A stretch of 32,292 bases of DNA, taken from positions 1-32,292 of IMG/VR virus record IMGVR_UViG_3300016665_000086. One strand, 5' to 3'. Origin of the DNA: a virus. Under the pieces are notes generated by a model. The model did not search any database. It was not told the DNA's origin and worked only from the letters and a program-made list of their open reading frames with translations. The translations under genes were made by a program, and so were the position numbers. Position 1 is the first letter of the stretch, and the number at the start of each line of letters is the position of its first letter. This document shows positions 8,153 through 14,754 of the stretch, one piece after another.

Positions 8153-8606
8153 CTTCTGTGCTTTTTGTCTCCTGCAAATTTACGGAATCAAGGACGGTAA
8201 AAGGAATCTCTTCCCGTTGAAGGAACCGGAATAGAAGGTTCGCCTGATCCGGCCAGACCTTGATGTGTACGGTCGTAACCTTGTCGGCCTTCTGCCGGAT
8301 GATGCTCATGACCTCGTTGTACTTGGAAGTTACGATATCGTCCTTAATGCTCATCAGGTCATTGATGGCATCAATGGCGTGCATGACCGTTGAATGGTCG
8401 TAGCCTTTCCGGCCTCGCGTTAAGGTGCTGCCGAGGGTCTTGTAGGTCATGCCAAGCGTATCACGTCCAATCTTGTAGAACATGTGACGTGCGCTGACGA
8501 TTTCCCTGACCCTTGTCCTGCTGGCGAGTTGCTCCTCACTGACTCCGAATGCCTGGCAGATGGCATTGATGACCCGCTGAACGCTTTGCTGTGTGTTGTT
8601 GCTCAT
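8142..8606 (-). CDS. DnaA C-terminal (domain IV)-like helix-turn-helix DNA-binding protein.
   Basis: VSEEQLASRTRVREIVSARHMFYKIGRDTLGMTYKTLGSTL..GYDHSTVMHAIDAINDLM aligns by eye with DnaA domain IV (..RSVARPRQMAMALAKELT..SLPEIG..FG.RDHTTVLHACRKIEQL). Confidence 0.75.
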   Translation of the reverse strand: MSNNTQQSVQRVINAICQAFGVSEEQLASRTRVREIVSARHMFYKIGRDTLGMTYKTLGSTLTRGRKGYDHSTVMHAIDAINDLMSIKDDIVTSKYNEVMSIIRQKADKVTTVHIKVWPDQANLLFRFLQREEIPFTVLDSVNLQETKSTEDAL

Positions 8607-8809
8607 AACGCGATTTTTAGGATTGGTTTTTTGATTTCCCCAGTTTCAAGATTCGCCACCCATACCCTCGGCACTTCATGCGCCACCCGCATCGGTTGGT
8701 CTTCCATCATGCGGGTGATAACTGTCACGGCCTGAAGTTCATTAAGCGGGCCGTGTGCCTTGACGCCATCCTTTGTGACGTCAAGTACGACAAGATGATT
8801 TTTTTCCAT
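8603..8809 (-). CDS. Hypothetical 68-aa protein, the first gene after the AT-rich non-coding region.
   Basis: ORF with an ATG start. Its stop overlaps the next start (ATGA). Confidence 0.5.
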   Translation of the reverse strand: MEKNHLVVLDVTKDGVKAHGPLNELQAVTVITRMMEDQPMRVAHEVPRVWVANLETGEIKKPILKIAL

Positions 8810-9034
8810 TTTGGTGTTGTTTATTTCTGATTTCCCATTTTTTCAATTTGATTTTCTTATTATCTCTCCTATATACTCTTTTTTTACTCTTTTTTATATT
8901 TATTTTTTTTTTTTTACTTATTAATAAGAAATAAATAGGAAAGTAGGTAAATAGCAGATTATCAATATTTTGCGTGTCGGAAACGTACTCGGAAAAATTG
9001 GTAAGTAAATAGGAAACGAAAAAAAAGCAGGAAA
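8810..9034. promoter_or_regulatory. 225-bp AT-rich non-coding region. Candidate replication origin and/or late-operon control region.
   Basis: It contains a T13 run (8903..8915). The exact 11-nt direct repeat TAAATAGGAAA occurs at 8932..8942 and 9006..9016, with a partial copy GTAAATAG at 8947..8954. A 9-mer TTATCAATA (8959..8967) matches the DnaA-box consensus TTATCCACA at 7 of 9 positions. No ORF of credible length is present. Confidence 0.45.
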
Positions 9035-11533
9035 TTAGAACGGCACTTTTTCCGTGTTTTCACTATCATTCCCAGTTTCATGACTGTCATTTCCGACCGG
9101 CGTCCATGACCAAAGTCGGTAAAATCTGCTGTTTGTGTAGCTCTTTTTGTAGGATAGGTCTGCAACCACTCCACGTGATTTGCACCATTCTTTCATCCAT
9201 TTTGTCAATTTTGTAGTGGTCAACTTTTCAATAGTTTTCAGCTTTTCAACCAGATCTTCTTTCTTCATAAGGAAGTAATAGTCTGTATTGTCTTGATTGA
9301 GATAGAACTGCGCCATGTTGACCGCATTGGTTACAAGTTTACCTTCTTTAGTCGTTATGCGGGCATTTTTGACACAATCCGGAGCAAAATCGAAGAAGTT
9401 CATCGCGAGCTGATCATCCATGTAATTGACAAAGTCTGGATGTGTTTCCTTTATCAATGTACGGTTCGCACTGTTAGCCGTCAAATGGCTCAAATTTCGC
9501 CTATCAGATGCAAGCCAGGCCTTGGCACAATTTATCATGAAGTTGTCAAATTTGGCCCATTCCTGCGCGTCCCATCCACTGAAGAAAGCGCGCCCGAACT
9601 CGTCAATCGGTTTGTGCCTCGCATTGAAGTGCTTGATTACCGGAAATTCAAACTTTCGATCAATGGTTGAATCGTCAGAATTCCCGACCGCAAAATTTGA
9701 GGTGATGAATATTTTCGGTGACTTCTCGTATGGAATGATGACTTGCTTCTGGTTCTTCTTGTTGACCTGAAGCGATTCCGTTATGACTGAGTAAAGTTTC
9801 GTAAAATGAAAACTTTTTTCAACATCATCAATGAAAATAATGTCAGTGTCAAAGTCAATATTCTGCCAAAGGAATGAGTCGTGGAAGTTGAATGACTTGC
9901 CATCCATCCGGCATGCCTTGCGGAACTTCTCAATCATCTTGAACACAAGGCCCTTGCCTGACCGGCCCTGACTCTCACCTTCATCTTCTGGGTCAATATC
10001 CTCCATCAAAATGACTGCTTTCGTGATCAGGTCATCCTTATGCCGGTTCAGCACGTAACCAATGATAGCCTGAAGTTTATGCACATTTTCGCCTCCTAGA
10101 ATGCTGATAAATTTAGCCGCATCGCAGTCTTTATGCTCTGCATGCTGATAGTCCCGATCAATGATGCTATCCTCCCATATGTAGCCATCCATCTCTTTGT
10201 AAAGCACGTATTCAATCCGATCGGCAAATACCTTGACTGCACGATTGCGGAAGAAAAGCCATGTGCAGTCAGCGGTGTCCTGAATGAACTTATCCTCAAG
10301 CTCATCCATCATGGCCATGAAGCCACCATTCTCGGAGAAGATAGTCCCGACACGTTCGTGGAAGTAATCCCGCACTTCAGCCTCCAGTTCGTTTAGGAAC
10401 TGCCTGACTATATCCTTCGGCTCTCTGATGCTGACGATGTTGTTGATAACTTGAACCAGTTCGCCATTGTACGTGCGATATCCAAGCTCTTTGAAGTACC
10501 AGTTTAGTTCTGTGTACTTGACCTGAATCTTGTTGCCTACCTTGACCCAGAACTGCCCCTCGTTGACAATGTTCCGGCCATACCCATCTTCCGCAAGTTT
10601 GGCTTGCGCCTGCATGAAGTTTCCGTCATGATAGTAGGTTTTGTAAATGTCAAATGGCCCGTATGGCTTGCCTTGTTCAAACTCAGAATTGTGAGTGAAC
10701 AGATAGAGGCAGTTTTTCAAATTGTACTTATCGGCTGTATCCTTCCATATGCTGCCTGAATGAGCCTGCGATGTGCTTGGTGACTTTATCACAAGTCGAT
10801 CATCGTACTCCCGCACTACCTTCCAGCCACGTTCGATGATCTCATCACGGATGTATCGCCAATCATGCTTCTCATTGAACACCTTGTAAGGTGCATCATC
10901 CCGCTGCTTGTCAATCTTGGGAGCAGGGTCAATCTCTACCTCATTAAATGACCGGCAGATGGACACAATAAAATTGCGCTCATCGCTTGTCAGTGTAGGC
11001 ATTGTCAGTGGATTGCCTTGCTGGAAGAAATAGCCTGGAGATGGGGCAGTCTTGATGTAATATTTGTTTGACTCATCCAGCCGCTCGATCTTGGCCGCCG
11101 TTCCTTTTCCGCTGAAGCATTTCGCAAGCGCCCCATCCCCCCCGATCGTGTCGGCACGGTAATAGATATGCGCTCCATTGGATGGCGTGCGTGAAATGAC
11201 AAGTTTTGCATAAAGGTCAGGATCGGCAAGCTCCAATGTGTTCAGCACTCTCCTTGTTATCCCTGCCTGCACCTTCTCATCAATGTCAATAACCTCCATA
11301 TTTCGCCTGAGCATCAACCCAAGCGTCACATCGTCACGGTCAAAATAGTAATTGACATTGTGCAAGTTGATCGGGTTGGCAATTAGTAGCGAGACACTCT
11401 TGATCTCTTTGGCCGGCTTCTTGTCTGGTGCCAATGGGATGACCTCCATGCCGTTCTTGATCAGCTCCACTGCCGCAGCCAGGCAAGCCTTCTCAACGAC
11501 CTCTGCGTCTTGTATGTATTCGTAAATGTTCAT
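9035..11533 (-). CDS. Bifunctional primase-polymerase (prim-pol N-terminal domain) fused to an SF3 / P4-D5-type helicase.
   Basis: N terminus: VIPLAPDKKPA, MEVIDIDEK, TPSNGAHIYYR. C-terminal half: Walker A GRSGKGLVF and Walker B IIFIDDVEK. 832 aa. The protein ends ...GNDSENTEKVPF. Confidence 0.85.
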   Translation of the reverse strand: MNIYEYIQDAEVVEKACLAAAVELIKNGMEVIPLAPDKKPAKEIKSVSLLIANPINLHNVNYYFDRDDVTLGLMLRRNMEVIDIDEKVQAGITRRVLNTLELADPDLYAKLVISRTPSNGAHIYYRADTIGGDGALAKCFSGKGTAAKIERLDESNKYYIKTAPSPGYFFQQGNPLTMPTLTSDERNFIVSICRSFNEVEIDPAPKIDKQRDDAPYKVFNEKHDWRYIRDEIIERGWKVVREYDDRLVIKSPSTSQAHSGSIWKDTADKYNLKNCLYLFTHNSEFEQGKPYGPFDIYKTYYHDGNFMQAQAKLAEDGYGRNIVNEGQFWVKVGNKIQVKYTELNWYFKELGYRTYNGELVQVINNIVSIREPKDIVRQFLNELEAEVRDYFHERVGTIFSENGGFMAMMDELEDKFIQDTADCTWLFFRNRAVKVFADRIEYVLYKEMDGYIWEDSIIDRDYQHAEHKDCDAAKFISILGGENVHKLQAIIGYVLNRHKDDLITKAVILMEDIDPEDEGESQGRSGKGLVFKMIEKFRKACRMDGKSFNFHDSFLWQNIDFDTDIIFIDDVEKSFHFTKLYSVITESLQVNKKNQKQVIIPYEKSPKIFITSNFAVGNSDDSTIDRKFEFPVIKHFNARHKPIDEFGRAFFSGWDAQEWAKFDNFMINCAKAWLASDRRNLSHLTANSANRTLIKETHPDFVNYMDDQLAMNFFDFAPDCVKNARITTKEGKLVTNAVNMAQFYLNQDNTDYYFLMKKEDLVEKLKTIEKLTTTKLTKWMKEWCKSRGVVADLSYKKSYTNSRFYRLWSWTPVGNDSHETGNDSENTEKVPF

Positions 11534-11823
11534 TTTTCTTGGTCAATAGAGTGTAAAAAAACATTGTGTTCATTCGCTAAATTCCAAGCATGCACCAAAT
11601 AATGCTCTGATGTATGCGGGAATGTTTTACCGCTGAAATAAACGTGCAAATTTCCTTTGTGGTCTTCCATTTCTACAATTCTTGAAGCTATTCCAGGATG
11701 AAACATTCTGATAACTCTAAAAACTTTCTTTAGTCTGTCATGCCTAAAATCACGCAGCCCTTTGTGACAATTTTCTCCGTCATCAGATGATGTGAACTTT
11801 GGAAAGTACATTTTCTTTGCCAT
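11530..11823 (-). CDS. Hypothetical 97-aa protein in a low-GC segment.
   Basis: ORF with an ATG start. Its stop overlaps the primase start. Its GC content is visibly lower than that of its neighbours. Confidence 0.55.
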   Translation of the reverse strand: MAKKMYFPKFTSSDDGENCHKGLRDFRHDRLKKVFRVIRMFHPGIASRIVEMEDHKGNLHVYFSGKTFPHTSEHYLVHAWNLANEHNVFLHSIDQEK

Positions 11824-11839
11824 AGCATAAAATAATAAA

Positions 11840-11893
11840 CCTCACTCTGGCAGGGGGGCGCCCTCGCTGCTGCGAGGCCCTGCCAAAATGAGG
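11840..11893 (-). terminator. Long GC-rich compound hairpin followed by a U-rich tract on the minus strand. Candidate intrinsic terminator or attenuator.
   Basis: The outer arms cctcactctggcaggg / ccctgccaaaatgagg pair at 14 of 16 positions. The inner stem cctcgc-tgct-gcgagg is perfect. On the minus strand the hairpin is followed by TTTATTATTTTATGCT and then the ATG at 11823. Confidence 0.5.
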
Positions 11894-11935
11894 TCAATTA
11901 ATAAGTTTCTCGATGTGCGCCCTACATCGGTTATG

Positions 11936-11943
11936 CAAATATA
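11936..11943 (-). promoter_or_regulatory. TATATTTG on the minus strand. Candidate Bacteroidota-type -7 promoter box (TAnnTTTG).
   Basis: It matches the consensus exactly. It lies just downstream of the stop at 11944 and upstream of two hairpins (11911..11929 and 11840..11893). Confidence 0.35.
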
Positions 11944-12174
11944 CTACCCCTTCCCCATCTTTTTCACATCCTCCAATAATTTTCTTTGTGCCTCTCTTAT
12001 CAGCCTGAATGCTCCGCTCATGGTCTTGATCTTATCATCCGTCAGGTCATCGTAAAGGTCGCTGTCCATCTCGCTAATGGTGACAATAACTTGCAGTTGA
12101 CACTCGATAACCCCAAGCAGATATTCGGAGTCCTCTACGCTCTCCGGAACATCTTTTATCTCAATGTCCATCAT
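11944..12174 (-). CDS. Hypothetical acidic 76-aa protein.
   Basis: ORF. Its start overlaps the stop of the metallophosphoesterase gene. Confidence 0.55.
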   Translation of the reverse strand: MMDIEIKDVPESVEDSEYLLGVIECQLQVIVTISEMDSDLYDDLTDDKIKTMSGAFRLIREAQRKLLEDVKKMGKG

Positions 12175-13160
12175 AAGACCTCACCTTTATGAATGCGATA
12201 ATTGCGCACATGGAACGCTTGCCCGTCAACCTCAACAATCGCGAACCCGTGATTCCACTTGTTGATCGGAAGATATGCCGGATGAAGTTCACACAAGCAC
12301 CCGACCGAGTACGTGGTTGTCAGTTCGCCGTTCATGTTGCTCTCCGTATGTTCGCTTGTCTGGTGGTTGTGTCCCTGCATGGCTGAGACTTTCCCCCGCA
12401 GGAACAAGCCCCGCGCAATGTTTACCGGGGAGAATATCGAACCACCGAACTCATGACCATGAACCAGGTTCAAAGCCCCAAGTTTCAGGATGCGCTTGTC
12501 CCCCACCACCTCAATGCCTTCTGCCCTTGCCTTGATGATATTTCTGAAGTCGAACTCATCCACTCCCATGATTTCGTGGGCTTTTTGAATGAGAAACAAG
12601 TCATATCTTTCACAATGGTTGCCCATTTTGTATATTATATGACTCTTTGGGAATAATGCCCGGAGAGCCGTCATGAACTCCTTAAATGCGGCAAGTTCAT
12701 GTGCTACACTCCTTGCCTTCGGGTCTTTTACAAACCGGCTCAACCCGTGGAAGTCGAGCGTGTCCCCGTTTAGCACAATGGTGTCGATGTCTTCACGCTT
12801 TGAGAAGTCAAAGCAAGCCGTCAATGCCTCGATGGAGTGATACGGGATATGGACATCCGATAAGATCAACACTCGTTTTCCTGGAACAATGTATGGCTCG
12901 TAAGTCCGCTCCTCGCTCTCCGGAAGCTTGTACGGATTGCGCGGCCGGTGTTTTTGTTGATACTCAATCGGGGCCGATACCTTTATCCCGTTTGTAGTGT
13001 TCGCATTTTTGCCCTCGATGGTACGAAGCAGCGTCCTTACTGTCTCGACATCCTTAAAGCGTAGTTTATTCTCCTCATAAACTATCCGTGCGAGTTTTAA
13101 GGTTGGCATATCCCAGCCATACTTCTCCCTCGCTTGCCTGCACAATTCTGCTTTACTCAT
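12171..13160 (-). CDS. Calcineurin-like metallophosphoesterase.
   Basis: Motifs occur in the canonical order: LILSDVHIPYH, LNGDTLDFHG, MGNHCERY, VHGHEFG, QGHNHQ. Confidence 0.85.
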   Translation of the reverse strand: MSKAELCRQAREKYGWDMPTLKLARIVYEENKLRFKDVETVRTLLRTIEGKNANTTNGIKVSAPIEYQQKHRPRNPYKLPESEERTYEPYIVPGKRVLILSDVHIPYHSIEALTACFDFSKREDIDTIVLNGDTLDFHGLSRFVKDPKARSVAHELAAFKEFMTALRALFPKSHIIYKMGNHCERYDLFLIQKAHEIMGVDEFDFRNIIKARAEGIEVVGDKRILKLGALNLVHGHEFGGSIFSPVNIARGLFLRGKVSAMQGHNHQTSEHTESNMNGELTTTYSVGCLCELHPAYLPINKWNHGFAIVEVDGQAFHVRNYRIHKGEVL

Positions 13161-13184
13161 TCTTCTTGTGGTTGCTCAAAGGTA

Positions 13185-13556
13185 CTACCACCGCGCGGGT
13201 GTGTCCCTGATATCCACATGCACAAATCCAGGATATAGACCTATGCCTCCGAACCAAAGTTTTTTTTGCGCAATCAGTTTCTCAATGACTCCCTTTAGTT
13301 TACGCGGTGACATCGACTTGACCGTGATGTCTGCCGCGCTAGCGTTCAGGTGCTGACTGTTCGGCTTGCCTCCGATCTTGGTGTTGTACGCCCGATGCCG
13401 GTACGCAGAGATGATGCTGATCGGCTGCTTAATGTGATCGCGCAAGATCTGCAAGTTCTTGGCAAGCTTCTCAACATTGTCAAGGTACATCGGCGGCACA
13501 CCGGTGCCGTCATTGCATGAAAATTCGTGTAGGTGGAAGTTCTCTGTGAGTTGCAT
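13185..13556 (-). CDS. Peptidase M15 (M15A/M15_3-type zinc D,D- or L,D-peptidase). Probable endolysin.
   Basis: ISAYRHRAYNTKIGGKPNSQHLNASAADI carries the H-x6-D motif. GGIGLYPGFVHVDIRD carries the second His. 123 aa. Confidence 0.8.
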   Translation of the reverse strand: MQLTENFHLHEFSCNDGTGVPPMYLDNVEKLAKNLQILRDHIKQPISIISAYRHRAYNTKIGGKPNSQHLNASAADITVKSMSPRKLKGVIEKLIAQKKLWFGGIGLYPGFVHVDIRDTPARW

Positions 13557-13846
13557 TATTCACTGATTAATCCTAAAAGATATAGTTGTTTCACGCTTGA
13601 GACCACATAAGCCCCGAAGCCGTTCATCTTGAGTTTCTCGATCCGGTGCAGCTGCAAGGCCGATGGCTTACCGGTCTCGCTCTTGACCTCTATGAACATC
13701 GTCATACCACGCCGCATGCAAAGAAGATCGGGCATGCCGTTGAGATTAGTCTGAATGAGCTTTACGCACGTCCAGCCTTCTTTCTCCAGCGCATTCATGA
13801 CCTGACGCTGAATGGCCGCTTCAGAAGGTGGTGTGACGTTTCTCAT
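13556..13846 (-). CDS. VRR-NUC domain nuclease (PD-(D/E)XK).
   Basis: QRQVMNALEKEGWTCVKL...GMPDLLCMRRGMTMFIEVKSETGKPSALQ. I place the start at the internal ATG at 13846 (MRNVTPP...). The track ORF extends to 13996, but that extension overlaps ORF 13821..14030 and is Ser/Arg-rich low-complexity sequence. Confidence 0.7.
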   Translation of the reverse strand: MRNVTPPSEAAIQRQVMNALEKEGWTCVKLIQTNLNGMPDLLCMRRGMTMFIEVKSETGKPSALQLHRIEKLKMNGFGAYVVSSVKQLYLLGLISE

Positions 13847-14030
13847 AGTACGCCTCCGCAGATTCAATGAGTGCATCTTTATCAAGATATCCATCCCCGG
13901 CATGCACATACGCCGCGATGACATCATCACGATGGGCCTCGAGCAGCTTCTCAGCCTTGTGCTTGATGGCATCGAACTCCGGCGGCAGTTCGTCAATGAA
14001 CTTCTTGATGGCGTTGTGTGAGCGGTTCAT
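13821..14030 (-). CDS. Hypothetical 69-aa protein.
   Basis: ORF. Its start overlaps the stop of the DUF3310-like gene. Confidence 0.5.
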   Translation of the reverse strand: MNRSHNAIKKFIDELPPEFDAIKHKAEKLLEAHRDDVIAAYVHAGDGYLDKDALIESAEAYYEKRHTTF

Positions 14031-14308
14031 GGCTGCTGGTTTTTGTATTCAAGTGAGATAATCAAGTCGATGTAATGCTTTGCTTTTAGCAAATCAACCA
14101 CGCCACCCTTTGCCTTGTGCCGACACAAGTATTTGATGGCGCAACCTTCCAGGTAAGGGATGTTGTTGGCATGCACGAACTCAACGGGCTGAATCCTCAT
14201 ACCCTTGTAGTGTTCTCCACCTTCCTGCCGCATCAGGGGGTCAGGTGTGACAAATCCGTTGACCTTCTCTTCGATCGTGTTCATTGTTCTTTTTAGTGCT
14301 TGTAGCAT
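14027..14308 (-). CDS. DUF3310-like small phage protein.
   Basis: GGEHYKGMRIQPVEFVHANNIPYLEGCAIKYLCRHKAKGGVVDLLKAKHYIDLI fits the DUF3310 pattern (HY..IEP..F....N..F..GNAIKY..R...KG). I place the start at ATG 14308 or ATG 14284. The longer track ORF, which reaches 14419, is an antisense read-through of a tRNA-like gene. Confidence 0.7.
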   Translation of the reverse strand: MLQALKRTMNTIEEKVNGFVTPDPLMRQEGGEHYKGMRIQPVEFVHANNIPYLEGCAIKYLCRHKAKGGVVDLLKAKHYIDLIISLEYKNQQP

Positions 14309-14330
14309 GGTGTGTGTGTTTTGTGTGTTG

Positions 14331-14425
14331 TAGTCAGGACAGGATTCAAACCTGTAAGGTACTGGGCTTCTGTTGTACCGGACTAATGCCAAAGAGCCCG
14401 CGTCTACCAATTCCGCCACCTGACT
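14331..14425 (-). tRNA. tRNA-like gene 1, 95 nt, with a Leu-type D-arm. The anticodon arm is not resolvable by eye.
   Basis: Minus-strand read: AGTCAGG TG GCGGAATTGGTAGACGC ...44 nt... ACAGG TTTGAAT CCTGT CCTGACT A. It has a perfect 7-bp acceptor stem and canonical D and T arms. The central 44 nt contain no 5-bp-stem / 7-nt-loop arm. Confidence 0.55.
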
Positions 14426-14430
14426 ATTTT

Positions 14431-14571
14431 TTATGTATAAATTTGAATGATTAAAAATGGAATTTCTATTGAAATATATTTACGATTTGGTATAGTAGAA
14501 GTTCCCCAAGCAATCATTAAACCTATTTGATTGGAGGTCATTACTCTTCCCCATTTATATTCTTTCATCAT
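14431..14571 (-). CDS. Possible 46-codon ORF in the AT-rich spacer between tRNA-like genes.
   Basis: My own translation: MMKEYKWGRVMTSNQIGLMIAWGTSTIPNRKYISIEIPFLIIQIYT. It falls below the ORF-track length cutoff. The segment is very low in GC. Confidence 0.25.
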   Translation of the reverse strand: MMKEYKWGRVMTSNQIGLMIAWGTSTIPNRKYISIEIPFLIIQIYT

Positions 14572-14585
14572 TTATTTGTTTTTAG

Positions 14586-14691
14586 TAGTCAGGACAGGAT
14601 TCGAACCTGCATGCAGTAGCTTATTCGCACCTAAAAGGTTTGGGCCATCTTGCTGCACTTTCGTTGCGTTTACCAATTCCGCCACCTGACC
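14586..14691 (-). tRNA. tRNA-like gene 2, 106 nt, a paralogue of gene 1. The central region is non-canonical.
   Basis: GGTCAGG TG GCGGAATTGGTAAACGC ...55 nt... GCAGG TTCGAAT CCTGT CCTGACT A. The acceptor, D and T arms are nearly identical to gene 1. In the centre only a long-range GTGCAG/CTGCAT pairing is found. Confidence 0.5.
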
Positions 14692-14697
14692 ATAAAA

Positions 14698-14722
14698 GCC
14701 CCAGCATAGACATGCAGGGCGA
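14698..14722 (-). terminator. Conserved hairpin, copy A (GTCT tetraloop), followed by TTTTAT on the minus strand.
   Basis: Minus strand: tcGCCCtGCATgtctATGCtgGGGC then TTTTAT. A near-identical element lies at 20261..20286. Confidence 0.4.
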
Positions 14723-14754
14723 TCTTGTCCTTAATCCAAACCAAAAACCCAAAG

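Noticed and set aside
8962-9174. The 70-aa minus-strand ORF overlapping the 3-prime end of the primase gene and the AT-rich region.
   Set aside because: It is out of frame within the primase-helicase and runs into poly-A/T non-coding sequence. Its translation is Phe/Arg/Lys-rich low-complexity sequence.
13847-13996. The upstream extension of the VRR-NUC ORF (MTNCRRSSMPSSTRLRSCSRP...).
   Set aside because: It overlaps ORF 13821..14030, is Ser/Arg/Cys-rich, and carries no domain signal. The internal ATG at 13846 gives a normal-length VRR-NUC protein.
14309-14419. The N-terminal 37 codons of track ORF 14027..14419 (MAELVDAGSLALVRYNRSPVPYRFESCPDY...).
   Set aside because: This is a same-strand read-through of tRNA-like gene 1, not coding sequence. 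The real protein starts at ATG 14308 or 14284.
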